Position numbers and translations under genes: made by a program. DNA of 64,000 nt from Octopus sinensis (Eukaryota): the NCBI RefSeq assembly GCF_006345805.1, contig NC_043014.1, positions 11,966,001 to 12,030,000 on the forward strand, in the 5' to 3' direction. Under the pieces are notes generated by a model, which saw only the letters and a list, made by a program, of their open reading frames with translations, was not told the DNA's origin and ran no database searches. Below are positions 52,063 through 63,942 of the stretch, one piece after another. How positions within the stretch are numbered: position 1 is the stretch's first letter; every line of letters begins with the position of its first letter.

Positions 52063-52637
52063 AGAACGGAGGTTGTTAAGGCGTCGATTCATGTGCGATC
52101 CAATGAGGATTTCTCTGTCTCACTGGTGTGGGAGCTGTCCGTGAAGGACATGACCGTAGCATCTTCATTCAAATCAAACCAATATTGTTTTTAAATCGAA
52201 CAAATCAAAAGCCATTACATATATATTACAAAAAACAAAAAAATCTGTTGTTTATTCTTTTGTTGAAACACTAAGTAATATGGGCATAAACAAACCAATA
52301 CCGATTGTCACGCGGTGAGGTGGAAAGGGTTGGAAAACACAAGATGCGTACGCATGCGCAAACCCACGCGCCCACACATGCACCAACACCATTATAACAG
52401 CACAAGTGCTATGTTATTTTCGTAAAGCGGGGCATCTTAATTAACAAATTTAGTGAATAGTGTAATGACGAGGTAATTATTCTCAAACACAGATCGGTTT
52501 CTTTCCTCCTTCTGTCTTTCATTGTTTCTTGCTTTTTTTTTTATTAATTGCATTATCTTTTTTTTTGCCTTTCATCCTCTCCTCTTCCTTTAAGTCTTCT
52601 CTATCTATCTATCTATCTAGCTAAGAGGTATCCATCA

Positions 52638-52741
52638 TACGCTAGAAGGAACAGCTAAAGTCCAAACCACTAATTAGGGATAAAATCTCGGGATTTTATC
52701 CCTAATTAGTGGTTTGAACTTTAGCTGTTCCTTCTAGCGTA
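52638..52741. repeat. Near-perfect 104-bp palindrome: 50-bp arms, one mismatch, 4-nt loop
   Basis: tacgctagaaggaacagctaaagtccaaaccactaattagggataaaatc-tcgg-gattttatccctaattagtggtttgaactttagctgttccttctagcgta. Confidence 0.95.
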
Positions 52742-52860
52742 AAGGAGTCCTATGATTGATAGGAACTTACAAATACAAATTAAAAGCTAAGAGTATTGAA
52801 CAACGACACCTCCAATACTTCTATAGTTTTACTTTCTAATCTTTTCTTTCTCTTCTCCAG

Positions 52861-52907
52861 CAGGAAAAAATAAAAACATACTCAAAGAGGGCAATAACTC
52901 AAAAAAC
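52861..52907 (+). CDS. Giant cadherin cytoplasmic exon (phase 1 to 0)
   Basis: Long pyrimidine tract ending ctccag|CAG (NAGNAG) and AAC|gtaagt donor. Encodes AGKNKNILKEGNNSKN. Called from splice signals and phase only. Confidence 0.72.
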
Positions 52908-53085
52908 GTAAGTTGAAAAACTTGTATACTTGTATGTATATATGTATATATGTATATATGTGTATGTGAGAGAGAGAGAGAGAGAGGAGAAAAAAAGAGA
53001 GAGAGAGAAAGAAAGAGAGATAAAGAGAGATAAAGAGAGAAGGAAAGAAATAAAGAGAAAAAGAAAGTGAGTCCGTCTGTGTGTG

Positions 53086-53154
<69 letters not shown>

Positions 53155-53980
53155 ATCGTAGTGTACAGTATTATATATCCATAACGGCTGATCTTAACAA
53201 TCGGTTTCGCACTAGGGTTTCAAACGGAGTGTTAGATAACAATCCGATTATGTAACCCTGCGCTCTTCGGAGGTATGTTATAAAACCCGACATTAAGCGC
53301 TTTGCTCAAGAACACAACGCAACACCCGGTCTAGGAAATGATATCACGATCTTGCGATCGTGAATGCAACGCCTCTACTTGATACAGTTGTAGACTCACA
53401 TCCAGAATTTCAAGTTTCTTTGTCACCGGACTTTGGCTGTCGTAAACTCGGTGGTGGCGGTTTTTCATGTTTGTCACCAAGCTCACGACAGGTGATGAAG
53501 TGTAGTGATTATTGTATTGTTAAACAATTTTGAAGCCCTGCATATGTGTCTCCATTACTACATCATTCAATGTAGTCCTCTGCTTCCTAAGATACTGAGG
53601 TTCATATACATATATATATATATTCAGTTTTCCACACGACTACTCAACGAACGGCAACATGAAACTCTGAGTAACAGTTCTGTGATAGTTTTGCAGCTTC
53701 AAATACTAGTGTGTGGATTTGGTAGACGGAAACTAAAAGAAGCCCGTCGTGTACATATATGTATATATATTTATATGTGTGTGTCTTTGTGTTTGTGTTT
53801 GTCCCCCCAGCATCATCACTTGACAACCGATGTTGGTGTGTTTATGTCCCCAGCAGTTCGCGAAAAGATACTGATAGAATAAGTACTAGGCTTACAAAGA
53901 ATAAGTCCTGGCGTTGATTTCCTCGACTAAAAGCGGTGTACCAGCATGCCCGCAGTCAAATGACTGAAATGTGTAAAAGA

Positions 53981-54064
<84 letters not shown>

Positions 54065-54706
54065 ATATATATTATATTATATTATATTATACAAAGATTT
54101 TCTTAACTTAAAAGTTATTAACTATATTAAAAAATATTTAAATAAAACAGAATGACACGAACATTTTGGAAAGAATCTTTTATACTGTGATAGGAGCTTT
54201 TGTTGCTTGCAGTTTTTCAAATACACGTGTTACAGGTTAATATGTATAGAGGAAGTATGCGTGCGTGCGCGCGCGCGTGTGTGTGCCTATTAGAGAAAGG
54301 AAAACATCGTCTGCTGATTTCGTTTTTGTACTGAGAAGTGAAAAAGCAAATTGTCTACTGATACTAGGACACTAACGTATGACCGACAACTTCTGTAGAA
54401 AATAAATCTAGATAAACTGATCGCAATGTGGAACTGTCTTGCACAGAAGTACAACCTAAATACTATCTTCTCATTTCAACTAAGATCTTTTACTCCGTCA
54501 CCACAGTTTTAACATTGCACACTATCTATACCACCTCTCTCATTAGCTTTCTTGTGTCTCTTCCCACACCACCTTCTCTACAATGATTTTATATCCACTC
54601 TTTGTCTCCGAAAAAGGACAAATGACCGAAACGTTAAATTATTTCACTTTTCACAGAAGCTTACAGGACTCTCTTTTTCTTATCTAAACTAAACTAAATA
54701 TCTATT

Positions 54707-54958
54707 GTGGAGGCGCAATGGCCCAGTGGTTAGGGCGGCGGGCTTGCAGTCGAAGGATCGCGGTTTCGATTCGCAGACCGGGCGTTGTGTGTGTTATTGA
54801 GCGGAAACGCCTAAAACTCCACGAGGCTCCGGTAGGGGCTGGTGACGACCCCTGTTGTACTCTTTCGCCCCAACTTTCTCTCACTCTCTATTCATGTTTC
54901 TTGAGTAACGCTGCGATGGACTGGCGTCCCATCCAGCTGGGGGCGGGGAACACATACG
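54707..54958 (+). mobile_element. SINE, body C plus truncated tail X
   Basis: Matches the reverse complement of 24743-25073, then switches to an inverted family A head. Confidence 0.85.
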
Positions 54959-55027
54959 TGCTAACGATTCTGCCAGTCCGCCGCCTTCGGCGCTTCTAAT
55001 AAAAAGAAAATATTTGTTTATATTTAT

Positions 55028-55068
<41 letters not shown>

Positions 55069-55074
55069 TGTACC

Positions 55075-55405
55075 GTGGCATTCCGTCGGTTACAACGATG
55101 AGGGTTCCAGTTAATCCGAACAACGGAACAGCATGCTCGTGAAATTAACGTCTAAGTGGTTGAGCACTCCACACACACGTGTACCGTTAACGTAGTTCTC
55201 AGGGAGATTCAGCGTGATACAGAGTGTCACAAAGCTGGCCCTTTGAAATACAGGTACAGCAGAAACAGAAAGAAAGAGTGAGAGAAAGAGTACAGCAGGT
55301 TTCGTCTCGTGGAGCTTTTAGATGTTTTCGCTCAATAAACACTCACAACCGCGAACCTACAACTGCGAGTCCGCTGCCCTAACCAGTGGTCCATTGCACC
55401 TCCAC
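55075..55405 (-). mobile_element. SINE, body C (with deletions) plus tail Y
   Basis: The head matches 25073 and the tail matches about 8306-8489. Confidence 0.82.
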
Positions 55406-55945
55406 ACACACATGTATACACGTGTATGTACATAAGTATCTATCTATCTATCTATCTATTGTAGGATAAAAAATAAGAAGAGTTTTTCTCGAACACGGAG
55501 TTGCCGTTAGAACAGCAGAAATGCTGTGTAAATTACCCTTACAGGGCGGAAAAACTTGTAAACAATCTCATGGCTTTACCCCTACCCTTTATCATAAAAG
55601 ATAGGGGGTAAATCGATATCATCGACCTCAGTGTTTGACTGGTACATATTTTATCGATTTCGAAAGGTTGAAAAGCAAAATCAACCTCGGAGGTATTTGA
55701 ACTCAGAACGTAAAGAACAGGAAAAATACCGCTAAGCATTTTGTCCGGCATTCTGCTGATTCTACTAGTTTGCCACCTTCCTTTCCAAACAAAATGGTTC
55801 CAAATTTTGGTACAAGGCCAGCAATTTTAAGGTTAAGGGAAGGGATAAGTGAATATCATCGACCTCAGCGCTTGACTGGTACTTTTTTCTTTTTATCGAC
55901 CAAGTAAAGTAGCATTTGAACTCAAAACATAAAGAGCGCTAAGTA

Positions 55946-56512
55946 TTGGGTTGTCCGGAAAGTTCGTGCCGATTTTTAAAGGAAAGAAAAAGGTCAATAA
56001 ATACTTGCCATTACATTTTTAATCAACAAAATATGAACCATTTTGTTGCACAATGCGTCTCCATCTTTCCTTTAACTTGAAAATACCCTCTTACCAGAAT
56101 TGGGGTGCTTTCATGGCAAAGAATTCATCAAGGTATCTTTTTACGTCATCCAAGGAATTGAAATTTTTACCATAAAGACTATTCTGCAGAGACCTGAATA
56201 AGTGGAAATCTGAAGGAGCAATATCTGTTGAATATGGAGGGTGGGGTAACACATTCCAGCCGAGCTGCAGCAATTTTTGTCTGGTTCCCAAAGCATCAAG
56301 TGCCGAAAATGAACTTTCTTATCTTCCATTTTAAAGGATTACAGAATTAACACATGTTATAGGAACATAAACCTTCTTCCAAGAAAAGATAGCTTAAACT
56401 GTGCTCTAAATGGAGGTGTAGTCAAATCCTATTTTATGGACACAAACCATGTTCTAAAATAAGTCGAAAGGTAAGCTACTATAAATCGGCACGAACTTTC
56501 CGGACAACCCAA
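55946..56512 (-). mobile_element. Mariner internal-deletion derivative keeping the transposase C-terminus
   Basis: Perfect 30-bp TIRs and TA TSD. MEDKKVHFRHLML is joined directly to QKLLQLGWNVLPHPPYSTDIAPSDFHLFRSL (YSPDLAPSD-type motif). Confidence 0.95.
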
Positions 56513-56962
56513 TATTTTGTCCGGAGTGAAGGAGCATCTCCACAAGACTCCACTCGTATGTTAGCAAAGGGGACAGATTTTTTTCCGGCGTTCTAACGAT
56601 TCTGCCAGTTCACCGCTTTCCCCACTAAATAAAAGGGCAACATTGAAAAACAACAAAAACACATCACTTCAGCGAAAACAAAAGGGAACCAGCATGGCAT
56701 TTGGGAAAGTGTATTGACAAACAGTAGCCTCATCAATAGCAGCTTCCTCTCTGTTTTCCTGTCTTTTCATCTTTACTAACACAATTGACAGCTGTGGAAG
56801 GACCCCATCGTCCCAAATAGCGCTTAAAAGCTTTGCATAGGACTGACGGCTCAGGACACATGGCAAGCATAATATCTACTCCCTATCCACTTACTCTGTC
56901 TCTGTCTCTGTCTGTCTGTCTCTCTCTCTCTCACTTTCTCTCTCTTTCTCTATCTATCTATC

Positions 56963-57029
<67 letters not shown>

Positions 57030-58500
57030 AGAGGAAACTGTCCCTAAAAGGTCGAGCGGAGGTGGCGAACACGTACATCGCGTCCGTCATCTACTACCGC
57101 CTGACCGTCGTACCTTGTCCCGACCCTACCATCACCAAACTACAACGCATCCTCTTTCGCTTCTTGTGGAAAGGATGCGTCCCGATGGTCAGGCGATCCA
57201 TTTGCTGTCAACACCCGTTAAAAGGAGGGCTGGGCATGCCGTGGTTGATGATGCGCAGACACGCGCTGAGACTGCGACATCTCTGGCTCTATGTAGACGA
57301 CGGTGAACAGGTGTGGTCGCCGTTTGTGAGGCACGCTTTCCGCAGCTCGTCTCCATGACCGAACTGCAGTCGTGGATCAAAAAGAGGCCGAGGAAGGGCG
57401 AATGGCACCGCGAGTGTTCGCGTTGCTCTCAAGCAACTCTGCCGTCCTGGGTCGACCTTAAGTGACTTCAACACAACCAAAGCATTCTATAGGGGTTTAG
57501 TGGAGGGGAGGTACGACGACGAGCTCGGGGCGAACCTGGACGTCGACGAGGAATACCTGACCCGCCTGTTCGGGACGACTTTCGGGCCAGGGCCCATGGA
57601 CAACTTCCAGAGATCCCTGGCCTGGCAGTGCTACCGAGAAGCGCTACCCGTTCGGGATAAGCTCTACAGACACGGCTCGAGAAACACGGGGCCGACCTGC
57701 CCGAGATGCGGTCAGAGCGACGAAACCGTTCTGCACGCACTCGTTCAGTGTCCAACAATTTCCGACCTGTGGGCTTATGTCGAACAACTGCTGTCACGTG
57801 TTGGACGAGTCGGTTTATCAGCTGAGTCTATCGTCAATATTGTCACGCCTCCTTCCTTCAAACGGGAAGGGAGAGCTATTTTCATCATCCTTGTGGCTAT
57901 GGCGAAAGAATGTATCTGGTGGACGCGTCTGAAAGGATTGGAGACAAACACTTTCCTCTCTGGTCAATCTCTCATCACTTCTTCAAGTACCACTTGAAAA
58001 GGAAAGTGAGAGTAGAGAGGCAAGTTTTGTCTAGCGAATGTTTTAAAAAAAGATGGGTGAATGTAGCAAGAATGGCACGTATGAATGACGAAGCCACCTT
58101 GAGCATAGTCCTATGAACCCAGAAATCGAAAAAAGAGAGTTGCTTATTTGCAAAAAAAAAAAAAAAAAAAAAAAAGAAATATAAAATGTGACTTCATTGA
58201 CCGAGGTTACCGTGGTCTTTTCCGTAGGCTTTCTTTCCACGGGTAAACCTCACCTGTCCTCCCCTTTACACTTCATATTGACATTTCTGTGATAACGATC
58301 CCTATTGATCAATTTTTTTTCCTCTCCCCCTTTTTTTTTTTTAACACCCCCTTTCTTTTGTCCTCTTTCTCTCCTTTTACGATCCCTTTTGATCGAAACT
58401 CCCCCCTTCCTTTTTTTTTTTTTTTGAAACCTTCAAAAGAAAAGCTCTACCTTGTAATTTGTTCTATCTGTGTGCAGCCCTGTGTGGCTAATAAAGAAAC
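57030..58500 (+). mobile_element. 5'-truncated Tx1/L1-type LINE: ORF2 C-terminus with CCHC knuckle and 3' UTR, frameshifted
   Basis: RKLSLKGRAEVAN...FRFLWKG...GGLGMP...RHALRL and CPRCGQSDETVLHALVQC. Visibly more GC-rich than the host sequence; pyrimidine-rich UTR ending aataaagaaac. Confidence 0.9.
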
Positions 58501-58554
58501 ATATCTATCTATTTAACTCCTTCATTCACTCAACCTCTTCCTCTCACTTCTCTC

Positions 58555-58624
58555 TCAAATCCTAATAATAACAATAATAATAATGATAATAATAATAACA
58601 ACAATAATAATAATGATAGTAATA

Positions 58625-58657
<33 letters not shown>

Positions 58658-58822
58658 ATAATAATGATAATGATTATAATAATAACAACAACAATGATAA
58701 TAATAATAATAATAATGATAGTAATAATAATGATGATGATGATGATGATGATTATAATAATGATAATGATTATAATAACAACAACAATGATTGATAATAA
58801 TAATAATAATAATGATAATAAC

Positions 58823-58866
<44 letters not shown>

Positions 58867-58880
58867 GTGATGATGATGGT
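58555..58880. repeat. (AAT)n/(GAT)n compound microsatellite with block duplication
   Basis: Direct reading. Confidence 0.95.
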
Positions 58881-59099
58881 AATTGTTAACCAGCGGAGGT
58901 GTCTAACCGAGATTTGAACTTTAAAATAGAATAGGTAATTAAAGCAAACAGTCTCCAGAACTGGCGGTTGTAGAAAATGGGCGATGCGGGGGTAGGGGTG
59001 TGATGGTGGGAGTTAAGAAAAATAAGAGACAAAAAAAAGTAAAAAATATAAGCAATAATAAAAATCAAAAGAAAACGAAAACCATGTGAGCAGCTAAAG

Positions 59100-59189
59100 T
59101 AGTAGTGGTGGTGGTGGTGGTAGGTAGTAGTAGTAGTAGTAGTAGTAGTAGTAACAACTGCAGTAATAGTAGTAGCAACAGCAGCAGTT

Positions 59190-59225
<36 letters not shown>

Positions 59226-59261
59226 ACAACTGCAGTAATAGTAGTAGCAACAGCAGCAGTT

Positions 59262-59292
<31 letters not shown>

Positions 59293-59458
59293 AAGTAACA
59301 ACTGCAGTAATAGTAGTAGCAACAGCAGCAGGTTGTAGTAGTAGTGTAGTAGTAGTAACAACTGAGTTAAGTAGTAGCAACAGCAGCAGTGTAGTAGTAG
59401 TAGTAGTAGTAGTAGTAACAACTGCAGTAATAGTAGTAGCAACAGCAGCAGTTGTTAG

Positions 59459-59490
<32 letters not shown>

Positions 59491-59800
59491 ACAACTGCAG
59501 TAATAGTAGTAGCAACAGCAGCAGGGTAGTAGTAGTAGTAGTAGTAGTAGTAGAAGTAACAACTGCAGTAATAGTAGTAGCAACAGCAGCAGTTGTAGTA
59601 GTAGTAGTAGTAGTAGAAGTAACAACTGCAGTAATAGTAGTAGCAACAGCAGCAGTTGTAGTAGTAGTAGTAGTAGTAGTAGTAGTAACAACTGCAGTAA
59701 TAGTAGTAGCAACAGCAGCAGTTGTAGTAGTGTAGTAGTAGTAGTAGTAGTAGTAGTAGAAGTAACAACTGCAGTAATAGTAGTAGCAACAGCAGCAGTT

Positions 59801-59834
<34 letters not shown>

Positions 59835-59974
59835 AAGTAACAACTGCAGTAATAGTAGTAGCAACAGCAGCAGTTGTAGTAGTAGTAGTAGTAGTAGTAG
59901 TACTAGTAGAAGTAACAACTGCAGTAATAGTAGTAGCAACAGCAGCAGTTGTAGTAGTAGTAGTAACAGCAGTA

Positions 59975-60017
<43 letters not shown>

Positions 60018-60070
60018 GTTTGTAGTGGTGTGGTGGTGGTGGTGGTGGTGGTGGTGGTAGTAGTAGTAAT
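59100..60070. repeat. Microsatellite-derived minisatellite: about 12 copies of a 39-nt core separated by variable (AGT)n
   Basis: Core aacaactgcagtaatagtagtagcaacagcagcagttgt recurs at about 59153, 59225, 59297, 59356, 59416, 59489, 59558, 59621, 59685, 59764, 59838 and 59913. Confidence 0.93.
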
Positions 60071-60327
60071 TGTAGCAGCAACAGTAGTAGTAATAGACGG
60101 AGGTACAGGAGAAAAGAAGAAGGTAGAAAGAAAGAAGAGAAGGAAGAAGAAGACAGGAAGGGAACGGCGAGGAAGCGGAAAAGGAGAAGAAGGAAGAAGA
60201 AAAGGAGGAGGAGAGAAAAAGGTAGAAGTAGAGAAGAGGCTATTAACCTTAACCAGAGGTCATTTCTGATTATGCAGATCTATGATCAAGCTACATACCA
60301 ACCGTGCCCATCGCTTTATATTTTCAG

Positions 60328-60360
60328 ATACAGTATATCCAGGACTACATAGGACGATGT
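60328..60360 (+). CDS. Candidate 33-nt cytoplasmic micro-exon (phase 0 to 0)
   Basis: ctttatattttcag|ATA acceptor and TGT|gtaagc donor. Reads IQYIQDYIGRC without a stop in the frame set by the flanking exons. No transcript evidence. Confidence 0.4.
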
Positions 60361-60371
60361 GTAAGCATGTA

Positions 60372-60407
<36 letters not shown>

Positions 60408-60670
60408 GGGTGGGCCAAAAATCACGCACCAACACATTTTGATATTTTATTTGTATTTTCTGGGATTGAACCTGAGACGACGTGGTTGCAAATCGAGCTT
60501 CTTAACAACACGCACAAATGCTTTCATACAATTTCTTTCTTCAGTATTCGATTAAAAAAATCGAGAATTGTGAATTTCCGAATCGTCACCTGTTGAATAG
60601 ACTACTTGTTTTTTTTATCATTTTGTGTGTTTTACTTCTTCTATCACGTCACGTCTTCCTTCCATTTCAG

Positions 60671-60746
60671 ACAAATATTAAAAGAATTCATTTTGATGAT
60701 GATTTCAGCTTGAGAAGTTTCTTTTCCGGTAGGACAATTGATCCAG
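60671..60746 (+). CDS. Giant cadherin cytoplasmic exon (phase 0 to 1); last confidently placed exon
   Basis: cttccatttcag|ACA acceptor and CAG|gtaact donor. Only phase 0 is stop-free: TNIKRIHFDDDFSLRSFFSGRTIDP. Confidence 0.72.
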
Positions 60747-62450
60747 GTAACTATATTAACTATATTTTAGAAGGCAGGGATGTCGCAGAACCGCTAAATC
60801 GTCGAAAGGAGCAATTTCTTCCAACACACTACTTTTTAGGTTTAAATTCTACTGAGGTCGACTTTGTCTTACATCCTTCCATCCTTACATATAATTGACT
60901 AGCCCATGCCCCTTAAAAAATTTCAGGATCTTTACAAATAGCGAAAAGGAATATTATTATTAATAATTAATTTTTTTTCTTTTGAAAGGCGAGCTGGCAG
61001 AATCGTCAGCACGATGGTCAACATACTTCGTGGTTTTGGCATTTTGGTACTTTTTGGTTATCTCACCCCCATCAAAAAATTGCCATTAAAACATTGGGTT
61101 ATCGCTCCACTAAAAAATCGAGTCAATGTGGTGACAAGAGATTGGATTAAAAGAGTTAGATCCTTTTGATTCAGTACTTCAACACATCGGTGACGTTCGG
61201 CCTCCTCAATAGGAATCGTATGATATGTTATAAAAATGTTATCAGATTCAATAAGATGTTTGATGTTTTCAGTTTTCATACTCTTTTTACTCTTTTACTT
61301 GTTTCAGTCATTTGACTGCGGCCATGTTGGAGCACCGCCTTTAGTCGAGCAAATCGAACCTAGGACTTATTATTTGTAAGCCTAGTACTTATTCTAACGG
61401 TCTCTTTTGCCGAACCGCTAAGTTACGGGGACGTAAACACACAAGCATCGGTTGTCAAGCAATGTTGGGGGACAAACACAGACACATAAACACACATAAA
61501 CACACACATATATGTGTATTTTGTGTGTGTGTGTGTGTATGTGTGTGTATACATATATAAGACGGGCTTCTTTTAGTTTCCGTCTAGTCTACCAAATCCA
61601 TTCACAAGGCTTTGCTCGGCCCGAGGCTATAGTAGAAGACATTTGCCCAAGGTGCCACGCAGTGGGACTGAACCCGGAACAATGTGGTTCATAAGCAAGC
61701 TACTAACAACACAGCCACTCCTACGCCTATATGTTTGTTAATTATCATGTTTATTATTTTTTTCTGTTTTCATGTTTATTAATTTCAATTTTTTTTTGTT
61801 TTATTGAGGGTTAAACAACATTTTAGTTGAAGGAGATAGCCAAAAGTACCGATATTTCTCGTAAAATAGTGGGAGGTAACCTAATTTTTTTAATAGGGTG
61901 AGATAACCAAGAGGTACTGGCATTTCTTCTCGCTTAACGTTCTGAATTCAAATTCCGCTGAGGTCGAACACTGGTACGCAACTTCTTATTCAAATCCACT
62001 TAATCAATTCGTAGTGAACGCAGCTTCTAACAATGATTCCAGGACTAATGCAAGGGAGACAAAATTTAAGATTTTCTTATGATCTATAAATTTATTTATC
62101 CCAAAATCCCGTACAGTCTCGTGTAGCTTCGTGTATTATCCTCGACTACCAACATTCTATGTGGAAAATTTGATAATTGTTGAGAAATTTCTCTCAGCAT
62201 GAAGCCAAAGGTAGTCTTCTTAACCCACAAGTTATCTTGTTAGTCTAGATAACTCCATCAATTATCGTCCAATAGTCCTTGCAATTTCGCAGTATTTTCG
62301 ATAAGATTGTTGATTTTCGTGGCACCCTCAGTAAGCCGCTGCTGTAGTATGTGAGTGGACACAAAGGACGAAATGAGACAGGGTCTGTAGTCTAAATAAT
62401 AAAATATATAGAAAACAGAAAGGCAAGGACATAACAAACATTAAGAAAAA

Positions 62451-62495
<45 letters not shown>

Positions 62496-62504
62496 GTTAG
62501 ATAA

Positions 62505-62685
62505 GGCCGGTCTATGGGATTACCTTGGGTTTCACGTCCATAAAGCGCTGCGCTTTACAGCGTATCATCAGAACATAAACATGTTGCTAGAGAGAACGTA
62601 GGCCAACAGCTTTAGGGTCACGCGATGCATTGTAAAACGAAGCGCTTTATGGAAATGAAACCCAGGTTAATCTCATAGACCGGCC
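62505..62685. mobile_element. PIF/Harbinger-like MITE, 181 bp
   Basis: About 45-bp inverted termini ggccggtctatgggatta...taaagcgct, flanked by taa and tga. The superfamily assignment is inference. Confidence 0.7.
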
Positions 62686-62771
62686 TGATTCTAACTTTAT
62701 CTATATACTATATAGATAAAGTTATATCTATATAACTTAGTGTACTTTCTCGGATTTATGATTTACCAACG

Positions 62772-62861
<90 letters not shown>

Positions 62862-63099
62862 GTGGTCGGAGAGTGAGCTTTGGTTTCGCACCTATAGAGC
62901 ACTTAGGCTTCCAGTTGTAGGAGATTATATGTGTCTACGGCCATTTGGGTCTGATGTGATGCCTCTATGGTTAAGCGCTTTATAGGTGTGAAACCAATGT
63001 TCACTCTCTGATCGGCCATAACAACCAGCTTCCCCAAAAACATATTACTGCTTTAATGTTTTCGAGTATGCTTCTTTTTCGGATGTATGAACTACTGAC

Positions 63100-63184
<85 letters not shown>

Positions 63185-63238
63185 GTAGGTAGTTTGCTAG
63201 GTAGGTATATAGGTAGATAGATAGACAGACAGGCAGAC

Positions 63239-63306
<68 letters not shown>

Positions 63307-63345
63307 GGATATGTACATACCCATGTATACGTGTTTGTGTGTGTG

Positions 63346-63398
<53 letters not shown>

Positions 63399-63467
63399 TT
63401 TGTGTGTATGGATGTGTAAATGTAAACAAACAAATATTTGATTTTTATTAGACGCGTCGAAATATGT

Positions 63468-63678
63468 ATTGTACGATAAAAATAAGAAGATATTTTTTCG
63501 AACGCGGTGTTGCCGTTAGAATAGCAGAAATATTGTATAAATTACCCTTACAGGGCGGAAAAAGAAAAAAAAACATGTCAACAATCCTTTGGCTGGTTGT
63601 TGACAAGTTTTTCCGCCATGTAAGGGTAATTTACCGAGTATTTCTGCTGTTCTAACGACAACTCTGCGTTCGAAAAAA
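63468..63678. mobile_element. MITE-like element with about 70-bp inverted repeats; half copy at 55458-55567
   Basis: ttttttcgaacgcggtgttgccgttagaa...gggcggaaaaa is inverted at about 63608-63678. Confidence 0.75.
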
Positions 63679-63680
63679 TG

Positions 63681-63713
<33 letters not shown>

Positions 63714-63714
63714 C

Positions 63715-63766
<52 letters not shown>

Positions 63767-63771
63767 TATAG

Positions 63772-63806
<35 letters not shown>

Positions 63807-63942
63807 TGTATGTATGTATGTATGTATGTATGTGTGTATGTATGTATATATTTACATACATACACAGATGCGTATACAAATGTATTCATACGTTCATATA
63901 TACTTATATATACGTGTTTATGTATGTACACATTCATATATT

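Noticed and set aside
59150-59960. CRISPR-like repeat-spacer appearance
   Set aside because: The spacers are simple (AGT)n rather than unique sequence, there are no cas genes, and the context is a eukaryotic intron.
58886-60081. Thr-rich and Leu-rich ORFs (TTTTAAVATTITAVV)
   Set aside because: These are translations of the (AGT)n-based minisatellite.
62015-62082. Possible terminal exon (VNAASNNDSRTNARETKFKIFL*)
   Set aside because: The phase fits, but the acceptor (caattcgtag) is weak and the region abuts decayed repeat-like sequence. The true next exon may lie beyond the window.
61058-62330. Possible Penelope RT relics (TIPIEEA...GNFLMG on -, PRLPTFY and YRPIV on +)
   Set aside because: The resemblance covers only a few residues, with stops and opposite strands. 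It cannot be supported without a profile search.
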